Below, piece by piece: positions 39,088-52,067 of a stretch of DNA of 57,166 nt. The stretch is from Octopus bimaculoides (Eukaryota): the NCBI RefSeq assembly GCF_001194135.2, contig NC_068986.1, positions 13,586,520-13,643,685 on the forward strand, given 5' to 3'. The notes under the pieces were generated by a model. It saw only the letters and a list, made by a program, of their open reading frames with translations, made no database searches and was not told where the DNA came from. A program made the position numbers and the translations under genes. The stretch's first letter is position 1; each line of letters opens with the position of its first letter.

Positions 39088-39770
39088 GTAAATAACATTT
39101 AATTTCTTTCTCTTTTTCAATTTAGATCTGTTTTCTTTCTTTCTTTCTTTCTTTTTTCTTCCTTTCTTTCTTCCATTCTTTCTTTTTCTTTCTTTCTTTC
39201 TTCGTTCTTTCTTTCGTTCCGTTTTCTTTTTTCGTTCTTTCGTTCCTTCTTTCTTTTGTTCTTTCATTCCTTCTTTCATTCTTTGTTTCCTTCTTTCGTT
39301 CCTTCTTTCCTTCCTTCGTTCGTTCCTTCGTTCCTTCTTTCTTTCTTTCTTTCGTTCTTTTTCTTTCATTCCTTCCTTCCTTCCTTCCTTTTCTTTTCCT
39401 TTTCTCCTCTTAAACTGAAGAATTCCAGGATCCTAAAACTTGCAAAAGAATCAGACACGGTTTCCTTTTCAGTAATTAATTTATCTTCGTTATAAAAGTT
39501 ATTTTTTTCATTAAATTTGTTCTGTTTTTATGAAGAAATTCACTGTTACACATTCCAATAAAAATCTCCCATAACTACACCATTAATTTCAAATTACATT
39601 TTTAACTAACCATTTTGATAAATCAATCTTTTTTTACACGTTTCCAAAATGCTTCCATTCTGAAGTGAACCAAAAATGAAAGCTCTCTCTCTCTCATCAT
39701 CATCATCATCATCATCATCTAATTTGCATCTTTTGTCTTTCCTTTTTTTCTTTCCTCTATCCTTTCGTAG

Positions 39771-40170
39771 AAAAAAAATCTGATACCAAAGTTCAGAAAG
39801 ACCCACCTTGGCTCAAAGATTTCTCTGGAAAAACAGTTGGTCGCATTTTTTCCAAGTTTGACTGTGTGAAATCTCCAACAGAGAAAGAATCTGATAAAGA
39901 GCAAACTCCGAAAAGCGAGGAAACATACCAAACTCCAAGAAACAACATTAACGGTGCCGAAATCAGTAAGACCAGGCCATCCAGTTTGTTCACAAGTTCT
40001 TCCACTCCACTGAAAGACAGAAATAAAACCCCCCTTTCATCGGAAAACAAGAAACCTGTGATAAATAAGGAAGGGAAAAGACTATCCTCCTCATCATCAT
40101 TATCGTCATCTTCATTGCAGAAACACACAATTGATGATAACAAGACTGAGTCGAAACTGAATGAGAGCAG
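39771..40170 (+). CDS. Exon D (400 bp)
   Basis: cctttcgtag|AA acceptor and CAG|gtcagt donor; phase 1 to 2. (E)KKSDTKVQKDPPWLKDFSGKTVGRIFSKFDCVKSPTEKE...KLNES. Confidence 0.85.
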
Positions 40171-40469
40171 GTCAGTACATTCATCTGTCTCTCCATTTCT
40201 CTCTCTGCTTGACTTGTCTCTTTCTGCCTGCCTGCCTACCTGGCTGTTTGTCTGTCTGTTCGTCTGTCTGTTGTTATCTAAAAACGTGTGTGTGTGTGTG
40301 TGTGAGCGAGTGTAGGCATGTATGTCTATGTGCTTATAAGTCTGCATGCGTATATATATATAGATAGATACAAATAGATATACATACTTACATAAATATA
40401 TACATACATATATATATACATACACATATATATACACATACATACATACACATATATACATACATATAT

Positions 40470-40810
40470 CATCATCATCATCATCATCGTCATCGTTTAA
40501 CGTCCGCTTTCCATGCTAGCATGCGTTGGACGATTTGACTGAGGACTGGTGAAACCGGATGGCAACACCAGGCTCCAGTCTAATTTGGCAGAGTTTCTAC
40601 AGCTGGATGCCCTTCCTAACGCCAACCACTCAGAGAGTGTAGTGGGTGCTTTTACGTGTCACCCGCACGAAAACGGCCACACTCGAAATGGTGTCTTTTA
40701 TGTGCCACCCGCACAAGCCAATCCAGGGGCACTGGCAACGATCTCGCTCGAAAATCCTACGGGAGCCAGTCAGGCGGTACTGGCAACGGCCACGCTCAAA
40801 ATGGTGCATN
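40470..40810 (-). mobile_element. SINE/LINE-tail family C with (GAT)n tail; representative copy
   Basis: (cat)n-cgtttaacgtccgctttccatgctagcatg...ctacagctggatgcccttcc. Copies near 3150, 8845, 16380-16570(+), 30050-30205(+), 32325 and 48645. Confidence 0.8.
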
Positions 40811-41370
40811 NNNNNNNNNNNNNNNNNNNNNNNNNNNNNNNNNNNNNNNNNNNNNNNNNNNNNNNNNNNNNNNNNNNNNNNNNNNNNNNNNNNNNNNNNN
40901 NNNNNNNNNNNNNNNNNNNNNNNNNNNNNNNNNNNNNNNNNNNNNNNNNNNNNNNNNNNNNNNNNNNNNNNNNNNNNNNNNNNNNNNNNNNNNNNNNNNN
41001 NNNNNNNNNNNNNNNNNNNNNNNNNNNNNNNNNNNNNNNNNNNNNNNNNNNNNNNNNNNNNNNNNNNNNNNNNNNNNNNNNNNNNNNNNNNNNNNNNNNN
41101 NNNNNNNNNNNNNNNNNNNNNNNNNNNNNNNNNNNNNNNNNNNNNNNNNNNNNNNNNNNNNNNNNNNNNNNNNNNNNNNNNNNNNNNNNNNNNNNNNNNN
41201 NNNNNNNNNNNNNNNNNNNNNNNNNNNNNNNNNNNNNNNNNNNNNNNNNNNNNNNNNNNNNNNNNNNNNNNNNNNNNNNNNNNNNNNNNNNNNNNNNNNN
41301 NNNNNNNNNNNNNNNNNNNNNNNNNNNNNNNNNNNNNNNNNNNNNNNNNNNNNNNNNNNNNNNNNNNNNN

Positions 41371-41419
<49 letters not shown>

Positions 41420-41433
41420 AATTTGAATATATA

Positions 41434-42576
41434 TTTGGTCATCCCATGAATAATGTGTTTTTTTATATTTCTTTAATTTTTCAAAATTAAGATAAACAAA
41501 GTTATTTTTTAATCTAAAATATACTCTCCTTTATTTTCTGCAATGCTCTTCCATCTATCTGGTAGACTTGCAAGGCCGCTCTTCCAAAATTCACTTGTCC
41601 ATGATAAAAAATATGCTCCTCCAGTACTGTTCTGACCTCGTCTACAGAATTCATATTTTTTTCTGTCCAAATGATTTTGAAGACTACGAAATAAATGATA
41701 ATCAGATGGAATAATGTCTGGCAAATATGGTGGGTGGGGCATCGTTCCCCATTCAAACTGACATAGCCTTTGGAACGTCATCCTTGCTGTATATGGCCGA
41801 GCATTATCCTGATGGAAGAACACCTTTCGTCTTGAAAGCAAAGATGGTCGTTTTTCATCTAGTGCTAACTCAAGCTACTCACAGTAGATCTCATTTGTTA
41901 TCGATTAGTTTGGGTTTAAAAGTTGACAATTGACATTTTTATAGAGAATCCTTTTCTTGTCACCGGTCACTATTTAATCCAAAAGAGGTTCATTCATGAG
42001 ACGTGGCATCAAAGAGGAGCACACATTCACTCTCTGCACGAAAGTTTGTGAGGAACCCATTGACTCAATTTACTGACTTTTCTGAGGGCACACAAGTGTC
42101 GATGAATGGTTGAATGACCAAATCCGAGCTTCTCTGATAGTTCCTCAAAAGTTTCAATAGGATTTTGTTCCACCAGGGTTTGCAGGATGTCCTTTTCAAG
42201 CTCTACAGACCTTCCAGGATGAGGCTCGTCTTCTAGGCTGTAGTTTCAGGTTCAGAATTTCTGGAACCATCATTGACACTGGCTTATGTTTATTGTCCGA
42301 TCCCCATATGCTGAATTAACTTTCCTTACACTTTCCATTGCATTGTTTCCTTTATCAAACTCATAAAGCAAAATATGCCAGATGTGATCCATTATAGCTT
42401 TGAAAAAAATAACTGTTGAAATTGAACTGCACTCTTCAAAACTTGCACTAAGAATAAGGACAAGGTAAAATTACTTCCTACTTTTACAACAAGTTGATGC
42501 AGGTAGTTTATCCCATACCCCTCTGACTTTTAGTTCATGCAATTGAAAAGTCCGCATTATTTACGGGATGATCCAA
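41434..42576 (-). mobile_element. Near-full-length decayed mariner transposon
   Basis: TIRs tttggtcatcccatgaataatg / cattatttacgggatgatccaa with TA at both ends. Minus-strand peptides include QWVPHKL, HQDNARPY, HPPYLPDIIPSDYHLF and RWKSIAENKGEY; the reading frame is interrupted. Confidence 0.92.
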
Positions 42577-43259
42577 TATATATATACATCTCTCTCTCCC
42601 TTTCTGTATATATATATATATATATACAAAGATATATATGTATACATACATGCATATATGGGTACAGGACATAAAAAAAAAACGTTTAAACACAATGAAA
42701 AACGAAAACATAAAAACAAAAACAAAAAACGAACTTTTTTCGAACAATGAAAAGAACAAACAGAGAAACGAGACATGCAACATAGAGAGTATACCCCTTC
42801 GTCAGTTGTCCCTGTTCCATCTACAACGCATTTCGAAGGCAAGGACAATATGCGACTTCATTGGAACTGTCCTTCCCGCAAAGCAAATTAGATAAAATTT
42901 GGAATTTTTTGCGGACGGTGAAAGTGTTAACAAGAACAGGACAGTGAGAACAAGACAGTGAAAAACAGCAAGAACAGGACAGTGAGAACAAAACAGTAAA
43001 AACAAACAGTATATATATATATATATGTACACATATACCTGTCTATCTATATGCATATTTCTATAGCTGTCTATCTATACACGTTTTTATTCCTGTACAT
43101 ATTTTTAAAAAAATGTATAATGAAAATAAATACAATCTAAATTGATCAGAATTGTAATATAATAAGAGTTGGTTGTTTAGAAGACATATCTTTCATATGA
43201 TTATCATATTTTAATAATGTTTTTTCTTTATCGTTTATGTTTATTTTCTGTATTTTTAG

Positions 43260-43300
43260 GTCTACACCAACAACATACCGGTGTAAGAGTCAAGAATCAG
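43260..43300 (+). CDS. Exon E (41 bp)
   Basis: tatttttag|G acceptor and CAG|gtattt donor; phase 2 to 1, exactly bridging exons D and F: (R)STPTTYRCKSQES. Confidence 0.7.
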
Positions 43301-43454
43301 GTATTTATTTGTTATTTTGCCATAAAATAAATCTTGAACCTAAAATTCTCATGAGCTTGACTACTAATGCATTGTTGTTTCAACCTTGTTAGGTCTTATT
43401 AGCAACAATCTGGGTAAGGCTCAACCATACAGCCATGCCTGCACCTATACACGT

Positions 43455-43508
<54 letters not shown>

Positions 43509-44881
43509 GCACCCCATTGGTTACGACGATGAGGCTTCCAGTTGTTGATCCTCTCAGCTGAACCACCTGTTTGCAAAATTAACATGCAAGTGGCTGAGTA
43601 CTCCACAGACACATGTACCCTTAACATAATTCTCAGGGAGATTTCGGATGACACAATGTGACAGAGTTGGTCCTTTGAAATAATATGCTGCTTAGAATTG
43701 ACCTCATGACCTTGTGATCATCGGCCAAATATCCTAACCTGTAAGCCAGACACCTTCAACGCCCCGCCCCACAGCAGCAGCAGCAGGTGTTTTATAACTT
43801 CATCTACCAAATTCACTCACAGAGTTTTCTGCATCTTGGGCCTGTAGCAAGAGACACTCACCTAAGGTACTGTGTAGTGGGATTGAACCGGAAACCATGT
43901 TCTTGGGATGTAAACTTCTTAACCCCAACCACATGGTTCCCAACCACATGGTTCTCAACCACATGGTTTCAGGTTCAGCCCCACTGTGTGGCACCTTGGG
44001 GAAGTGTCTTCTACTATAGTCCTGTGCTGACCAAAGCCTTGTAAGTGGATTTGGTAGGCAGAAACTGAAAGAAGCCCATCATGTGTGTACGTGTGTGTGT
44101 GTGTGTGTATGTGTGTGTGTGTGTGTGTGTGTGTTGCATGTGTCTTTGTGTCTGTATTTGTCCACCACCATTTGACCACTGCTGTTGGTTTGTCTATGTC
44201 TTCATAACTTAGTGGTTCAGCAAAAAAAAAAAATAGATAAGTACCAGGGTTGATTTGATTGACTAAAACTTCTTTAAGGCGGTGCCCCAGCATGGTCGCA
44301 GTCTAANNNNNNNNNNNNNNNNNNNNNNNNNNNNNNNNNNNNNNNNNNNNNNNNNNNNNNNNNNNNNNNNNNNNNNNNNNNNNNNNNNNNNNNNNNNNNN
44401 NNNNNNNNNNNNNNNNNNNNNNNNNNNNNNNNNNNNNNNNNNNNNNNNNNNNNNNNNNNNNNNNNNNNNNNNNNNNNNNNNNNNNNNNNNNNNNNNNNNN
44501 NNNNNNNNNNNNNNNNNNNNNNNNNNNNNNNNNNNNNNNNNNNNNNNNNNNNNNNNNNNNNNNNNNNNNNNNNNNNNNNNNNNNNNNNNNNNNNNNNNNN
44601 NNNNNNNNNNNNNNNNNNNNNNNNNNNNNNNNNNNNNNNNNNNNNNNNNNNNNNNNNNNNNNNNNNNNNNNNNNNNNNNNNNNNNNNNNNNNNNNNNNNN
44701 NNNNNNNNNNNNNNNNNNNNNNNNNNNNNNNNNNNNNNNNNNNNNNNNNNNNNNNNNNNNNNNNNNNNNNNNNNNNNNNNNNNNNNNNNNNNNNNNNNNN
44801 NNNNNNNNNNNNNNNNNNNNNNNNNNNNNNNNNGTCAGTTTAGATGTTTCCATTTCATCTCACTATTTCTTTGTGTTTTAG

Positions 44882-45021
44882 ATATAATCTCACAACAGCG
44901 GAAGTCAGTGTCAAGCATCCAGAACTCGCCCTACTCAGTTTCAAGTATTTCTGACGCTGTTCCAGACTGGAAGAAGAAATTGGCTGAGAAAAACAAGGTT
45001 AAAAGAGAATCATTCCAAAAC
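44882..45021 (+). CDS. Exon F (140 bp), W-basic motif
   Basis: gtgttttag|AT acceptor and AAC|gtaagt donor; phase 1 to 0. (D)IISQQRKSVSSIQNSPYSVSSISDAVPDWKKKLAEKNKVKRESFQN. Confidence 0.85.
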
Positions 45022-46490
45022 GTAAGTAACAAAAAAAAAACAACAAAAAACAAACAAAAAAAAAGACAAAAGATGAATTTGGTTTCTCTTTGGTGATTTG
45101 CAAACCATCATTTCATTATTTTTTGATTTTTTTTCTTGTTTCAGTCATTAGACTGTGGCCATGCTGGGGTACCACCCTGAAGAATCTTCAAGTCGAATCA
45201 ATCTACTCCAGGACTATTTTTTAAAACTGGGTATTTATTCTATCGGTCTCTTTTGCCAAAACCACTAAGTTACTGTGGATGTAAACACACCAACACTGGT
45301 TGTGAAGCTGTGTTAAGAAACAGAGACACACACACACAACAGGATTCTTTCAGTTTCCATCTACCAAATCCACTCACAAGGCTTTGGTTGGCCAAAGGCT
45401 ATAGTCGAAGACACTTGTCCAAGGTGCCACGTAGTAGGACTGAACCCAGAAGCAAGCTACTTACCACACAGCCACTTCTTCACCTATGTTCACTGGTGAA
45501 CTTAGATTCACTTTTTTCATTAATAAACTTTGACCTACCAATTTGTTGGTGAATCTTATGAGCTCCTTGTTTGTGAGTTCAAACCCACTGCAGGTTTATT
45601 TCTCAGCTCAGGTCATTTTATTGTACAGTTCACATATCAGTTTAGAAATGGGTACCAGATCATCCAAGAATCCTATTTCTCATAGACTGATCTTCCCCCA
45701 CTATTCATGTATAAGGCTCCTATCTGTCATTGTCTTTCTTGCCATTAAATTTGATTTAAGCTATGACCATCCTCTTCAAATATAATTTTGGTGCTTTGGT
45801 GACATTTTGTCTCTTTCTTTCTGTGTTTAGGTTTCAAATTGCTGATGAAATTGGAAAACAAATATCGTTAAATTGTATTAAATTATAAAATATTTTTTCT
45901 TCACCAAAATGGCCAAAATCAGACACCATGCTAGCTGCCCATGAGAATTAAGGTCGCTTGAATAACCCTTCTGATTCGAAACATTGCTATAGTTCACTGT
46001 TTCATGCAGAATTATTACTTTGCTTGGAAACAAGTGAAGGTTGGTGACAGGAAACGCATCCAGCCATAGAAAATCTTTGTTAATGTTGTAATTCTTTGTC
46101 AGACTGTTGTAACACTCACTCCAGTATAGCAGTATAGTTAGACAAGTAAGACCATAACTATTTACGACTGTCTACTCTGTACTCTCTACAACCACTGAAA
46201 CTGACTGACAGTATTTATAATGACCAGCACATACCACTCATCAAGTGGGAGGAGTGTGCCAATACTACTGTTATCCCCAGAACAGTTTATAAATTTCATT
46301 TGACCCTTGCAAGAATGGAAAAGTGGGTGTTAAAATGATGAAAAGCTTGTTTCATGAATTTGAAATTTCAAAGTAAAAAAAGAACTATATATAAAAAAAA
46401 AAATGGTAATGTCATTCTAAATTCTTGTTTGTGGTTTTCATCCATTGTTTTTTTCAAAGAATTAATTGGAAAGTAATTTTTGAATTTCAG

Positions 46491-48386
46491 ATCAAGAATT
46501 TTAATTCTTATAAAAAATACTTTACACTTAATATTTCCAAGATCAAAAACCATAAATGGACTAACAAGAACTATACCATTCCGACAATAAAATCCCAAAC
46601 GCGACAACAACACCAACAAAAACAATCCCTGTCATCGATATTGTCTCCTTCAAGAACAACTCCTATAGCAGCAGTGGCAACAGCGACAACATCAACAACA
46701 GCGGCTGCAATTGTAACTGCGACAACCACAGCGACCATTATTGGGACGGTTGCGGCATCGACTGCCATTGCAGAAATAACAACGTCACCAAATAAAGATA
46801 GTTTTGAAGAATGTGGCATTGATACTAACAACAGCAACAACAATATTTATTACCAGAACAACAACAACAACACCTATAGCAACAACAACAACAACAGCAG
46901 CAGCAGCAGTCAGACCAACAACTACAACATCAATAACTGCAACTACTACCACAACGATTACTACGAGAGCTACCCAAACCAGAACGAGTATAACAACGTC
47001 AATAATTCTAGTAACTATAGCAACGAATATCTCCAGTGGGAGCTTCAGCAAAACAATATGTATAATCCGAATGATAACTTTTATCCTAATATGGGTCCTT
47101 ATCCGACCCCATCAGTTTCTATGCCAAATATGACAGATGAGAGTTACCAGTCATGGTATCAAGGCCAACCCCCACAAAACTACTACAATGGTTATTACCA
47201 AAGTTATCCCATGTACAATGCGCAACAAGGCTGTCCAACTGATGTTTCTTATTCTATGCCTCATATTGCACACACAGCTTCTTTTGATGGTCAGATTTAT
47301 GACCAGCCAAGATATGACCCTAATTATCCACCGTTGACTTCGCAATCATTCGATTCATTTGTTTATCCTGACGAGAAAACCGTTGATAGTCCAAGAACCC
47401 CAAAAATTAGTCCCAAACCATCTCCTAAATCGAGTCCCAAACCAACTCCCAGATCGAGTCCTTCAAATCGAAGTGTCAACAATTTAGAGTGCCACAGTGG
47501 TGACAGTGGCTCAGCATCTCCAGTTCGAAACTCTGCTCGATTTGTTAAAGTCCTTCCCTCAACTCTCGGTATTGATTCACCAATTAGTAAACCTAAACTG
47601 AGAGGTCGTAAACAACCGGTTTCAACACCAGACACAAGTCCTCAAAAGCCCTCTTGTCCCATGTATTCTTTGAGTAATGCAGAAAGCCAGCACGATTTGC
47701 CTGGTGCAACAAAGACCAAACAGTCAAACAAATCTCTATATGTGCGTGTATTGCCAGCACCTATACTATCAGAGAAAAAGTTAAGTCCTAAGAAGATTAA
47801 AGAATTTACTGATTTATCTCCTCAGTCAAGTCCAGTAAATCACATTCCAAAGACTTCAAACCTTAATAAGAAACATTCAGATCACTCCAGCCCCGAGATG
47901 AAATATTTCTCTAAAAAATTCTTCAACAAGAAAACTGAAAATATATCTAGTGATTCTGATCTGACGCCAGAACACAAAGAGAAAAGGCCTAAATCAAAGC
48001 GTTACCGATTAAAATTTCCTGTTAGTCCGAAATTCTCACCATTTAAGAACAAAAAATCAAAGAGTCTATCAAGTAAATCCAAATCCAGTTCAGAGAACAG
48101 TCCTGTGCAGAGTGATGGAGTCACTGATGACAGCAATGAAGTTGATGAGGATGATGCCAAGGAGGAAGCCACCAAGCAACAAGCGAAAGGCCCTTATTAC
48201 CAGATCTTGCGGAGCCCACTGAAAAACAAGAGTATTAGACCAAACCTAGAGCGGTCTTATACTGTTCCAGTGATGGATACAACAAATGATGAGGAATTTT
48301 TAAATCGATTGGACATTAACGATAACAGCTCGGACAGCGAAGTTAGCACTGAGAAAGTGAATCGATCTTTTGTCCGTACCCGTCGG
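46491..48386 (+). CDS. Exon G, large (1896 bp) phase 0-0 exon: N/Y/Q-rich then SP/K-rich
   Basis: Lies within the 757-aa ORF 46425-48698. Strong donor CGG|gtaaga at 48386/48387. Acceptor tgaatttcag|ATC at 46490/46491 is in frame, but another in-frame AG exists at 46541, so the 5' boundary is uncertain. Confidence 0.7.
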
Positions 48387-48769
48387 GTAAGATGGATGCA
48401 CACTTGTAACCCCCAGCAGCAGAAGCACCACCACCTCTACCACCACCACCATTACCCACCACAATTACCCCCAACGCCATCCCCTACGATTATCACACCC
48501 TTTACAGATTATCCTTTGTATATATATATTTGTTGTTATTGTGAAATTTTTTTGCTTATTTCCTTTTATTACACAGCTTTTACTCCAACCATCATCTTAT
48601 GTCAACACTCAGTTTCTTTAATTGCTAGTAATAATAATAATCATCATCATCGTCGTTTATCGTCTGCGTTCCATGCTGGCACGGGATGGACGGTTTGACT
48701 GAGGACTGGAGAGCCAGATGGCTGCACCAGGCTCCAATCTGATCTGGCAGAGTTTCTACAGCTAGATGC

Positions 48770-49095
48770 CAAAAGACCTGGAAATAGAGATAACTCGAAT
48801 GTGGAATCTAAAAACAGAAACAATTCCTATCATAGTAGGTGCCTTAGGTATAATAAAAAAATATTCAGACAAATACATAACAAAAACACCAGGACTTACA
48901 AATATATATAACATACAGAAAATTGCACTACTGGGCACTGCACACATCCTACGCAAAACACTTTCAATACAGTAACCATAAGAGCATCACAGCAATCCAC
49001 AGCACATACCCAAGGCACACAGAGCTGCGCTCGGTAGTGAAGTGAAAGCACATTATAAAAATAAAACTACTGAACAATAATAATAATAATAATAA
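48770..49095 (+). mobile_element. 5'-truncated R4/Dong-like (restriction-like endonuclease) non-LTR retrotransposon
   Basis: KDLEIEITRMWNLKTETIPIIVGALG...IQKIALLGTAHILRKTL*, then a short 3' UTR and an (AAT)n tail. Confidence 0.75.
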
Positions 49096-49351
49096 TGGTT
49101 TAGAATTTTGCCACAAGGGCAGCAATCTTGGGGGAGGGGATGAGTCGATTACATTGACCCATCCCCTCCGGTACTCAACAGTTAGTTATTTTATTGATGA
49201 AAGGCAAAATCGACCTCAGCAGAATTTGAGCTCAGAATGAAAGACTGACAAAACGCTGCTAAGCATTTTGTCCAGCGTGCTAACGATGCTGTCAGAGGCC
49301 CCTGACTGACTTAATAATTTCTTAACCATCCTTCCGTGCTGTACCATAAAA

Positions 49352-49686
49352 CAATGCTACTCAAAGTGGTGCACTGCGAGCCATCAGCTGCCGGTACGTG
49401 GAGAGTTTCCAGAAAAGAAAGAAAAATTATAAAATGCTTGTGTAATTTTGTATAATAATACAAAATTACACAAGTATTTTATAATATTTTATATTATAAT
49501 GTTTACAAAATAAATATAAGATACAAACAATTGTCAACTTTTATAATATTCATTATATATATCGTTTCCGGTAGAAATTAATATTACTAAGAAATATTAC
49601 GAGTCCCTGGCACATTGGGGGAAAAAAAAACAAAAAACAAAAGCAAAACTGCCGGTACGTCACATCAGATAGTTTGAGAAGCACTT
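49352..49686. mobile_element. hAT MITE
   Basis: TIRs caatgctactcaaagt / agtttgagaagcactt; 8-bp TSD ccataaaa / ccataaag (7 of 8 match). Confidence 0.75.
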
Positions 49687-50686
49687 CCATAAAGGATTTG
49701 TGAATTATCTCCCCTTCATATCGTTTTCTCAAAAACAAAGACGTAACATAGTTTCCTTTTCACCTTACACAACATAAAACAATTTTGTTGAAATGGAATA
49801 CTTTTAAAAGAATCATTCCATGTTATTTTTGATAATTCAATCATAACTTCCTTAACGTTTAAAATACCCCCAAATATTCTGTTATTTTTAGTCAATCAAC
49901 TTTATATATATACGCTTGCTTTCTTCTTCCTATTACTGTTTTGACAGCATGAGTTACCTCCCTTAATTAGTTTCTCTGAATTAAGACGAAATCATTTGGA
50001 ATTTTCTCATCTTCTCTCAGATATTTAATATTTTCTATAAACCTAAGATCACTTGTATTAACCTGTTAATTCAACTTCTTCACATTCCATCCAACTCTTT
50101 AGTAACTATGTCTGTGAGGAAATGGTTGACAGTGGCTTTGAAATTTGCGCTTCCTTGTTATCTTGGCAAGCATGCCAAAACTTCGAATTTACTGTTAACC
50201 GTTTCTCTTTGAAAAAGAAAAAAATTCCCTCCTAAAAAGTTTTGGTAAATTGTTTTTGTTATATAACTTGACATAAACATCAACGATTAATGTATACGTA
50301 TTACGTGTAATATATCTATATGTGGAGGCGCAATGGCCCGATGGTTAGGGCAGTGGACTCGCGGTCGTAGGATCGCAGTTTCGATTCCCAGACCGAGCAT
50401 TGTGAGTGTTTATTGAGCGAAAACACCTAAATCTCCATGAGGCTCCGGCAGGGGGTGGTGCCGACTTCTGCTGTACTCTTTCACCACTACTTTCTCTCAC
50501 TTTTTCTTCCTGTTTCTGTTGTACCTGTATTGTCACACTCTGTGTCACGCTGAATCTCCCTGAGAACTATGTTGATAGTACATGTGTCTGTGGAGTGCTC
50601 AACTACATGCACGTTAATTTCACGAGCCGGCTGTTCCGTTGATCGGATCAACTTGAACCCTTGTTGTCGTAACTGATGGAATTCCA

Positions 50687-50734
<48 letters not shown>

Positions 50735-50847
50735 ATAGTAGTTTGTTTTCAAATCAATTTACTGTACACATTCATGCATTATAATTAAAAATAAAATAAA
50801 GACACAGCATATTCATAGACATTTTCTACTGTTTGTTTTATTTCAAG

Positions 50848-50941
50848 GTTGATGACATAAGCCAGAACAAGATAGAAGATGCCTCCACAGTACAGCCCGC
50901 TTGGCGGCAAAAACTTGCCAATAAAAACAGGAGCTCCCAGA
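50848..50941 (+). CDS. Exon H (94 bp), W-basic motif
   Basis: ttatttcaag|GTT acceptor and CAGA|gtaagc donor; phase 0 to 1. VDDISQNKIEDASTVQPAWRQKLANKNRSSQ. Confidence 0.8.
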
Positions 50942-51986
50942 GTAAGCTGTCATATCTTCTCTTTCATTTGAAATAATCACATGCTCATAGATATTCTATG
51001 TTGCATATATATATGTACACATACATACATACACAGATACATACATACACAAATACGTACATACACATACATGCATGCACAGACATTTGTGTGTATATGT
51101 ATCTCTCTATTTGTCTAATCACACATATATATATATACACATGTGTATATATGCACACATTAAATATATATATATAATTGTTTTGAAAATTAAACAGAAG
51201 GATGATAAAAGAACAATTGAAAAATTCACACAAAAGATGTGGACATGTTCTTTCCTTGCCCATTATCGTCTCAAAATCATTAGAATTTCATCTGTGTTTG
51301 TTTGTGTGTTTCCTTTCTTTTATGTTTTGGTTAAATTCTTGGGGCATTTATGTATGCATGTGGTGTGTGTAGGGGTACAATATGTGTGGGGGATTATATT
51401 GGGGGTGGGCTGGAAAGAAGTCTATTGGGTAGGTGTCTACTGTGCTGGGGTGTGTGTGTTTGTTTATGGGTGTGTTAGTGTATGTTCTGGTCAAACTCTG
51501 CCAGACTCCCAGGTATTGGTGGAGGATTGAAGTTGAGACACTGTCGATTATAGTCATGATGGGGCAAGCAGGTATGATAGGATGTACTTCCTTTCATGTA
51601 GGCAAGGATTAAAAATGTCACTTTTGCTATTCAAGTAAATACCTGGGTGCTGGGATATACCTGTTATGTACTTGTTTCAAGGCTGTCACCATGTTGCAAT
51701 GCTCCAATCAATTAATCACTTATTAGTATTGTAACCCCACTGCAATTGTAAATAAAAGTTCAAGGTTCAAACCCAGTCTAAAGCAATGTGAAGATCTGAT
51801 GAGAGAGCCATTCAATTGATATTTAGTGTAGAAATTCAATAAGGTTAATAAACTGAAGACTCTATGTCATTAGACCAAATAGTTTCTTAATAAAGGCATT
51901 TCTGTATTAATTAATTAATTAATTAATTTATTAATTTATTTATTTACTAATTCATTTATATTTTTATTTGTTTATTTCTTGCTCAG

Positions 51987-52067
51987 GTATTGAGCAATCA
52001 GATAAGAAAGTGTCTGAGAAACCTGAGTGGATTAGAAAAGCAGAAGAGAGAAGAGCTCGTGCATCAC
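51987..52067 (+). CDS. Exon I (81 bp), W-basic motif; last exon located
   Basis: tcttgctcag|GT acceptor and TCAC|gtaagt donor; phase 1 to 1. (S)IEQSDKKVSEKPEWIRKAEERRARAS. Confidence 0.8.

Noticed and set aside
48387-48698. Extension of the 757-aa ORF past 48386 (WMHTCNPQQQKHHH...)
   Set aside because: It follows a strong donor (CGG|gtaaga), becomes intron-like and ends inside a SINE; read-through of the intron.
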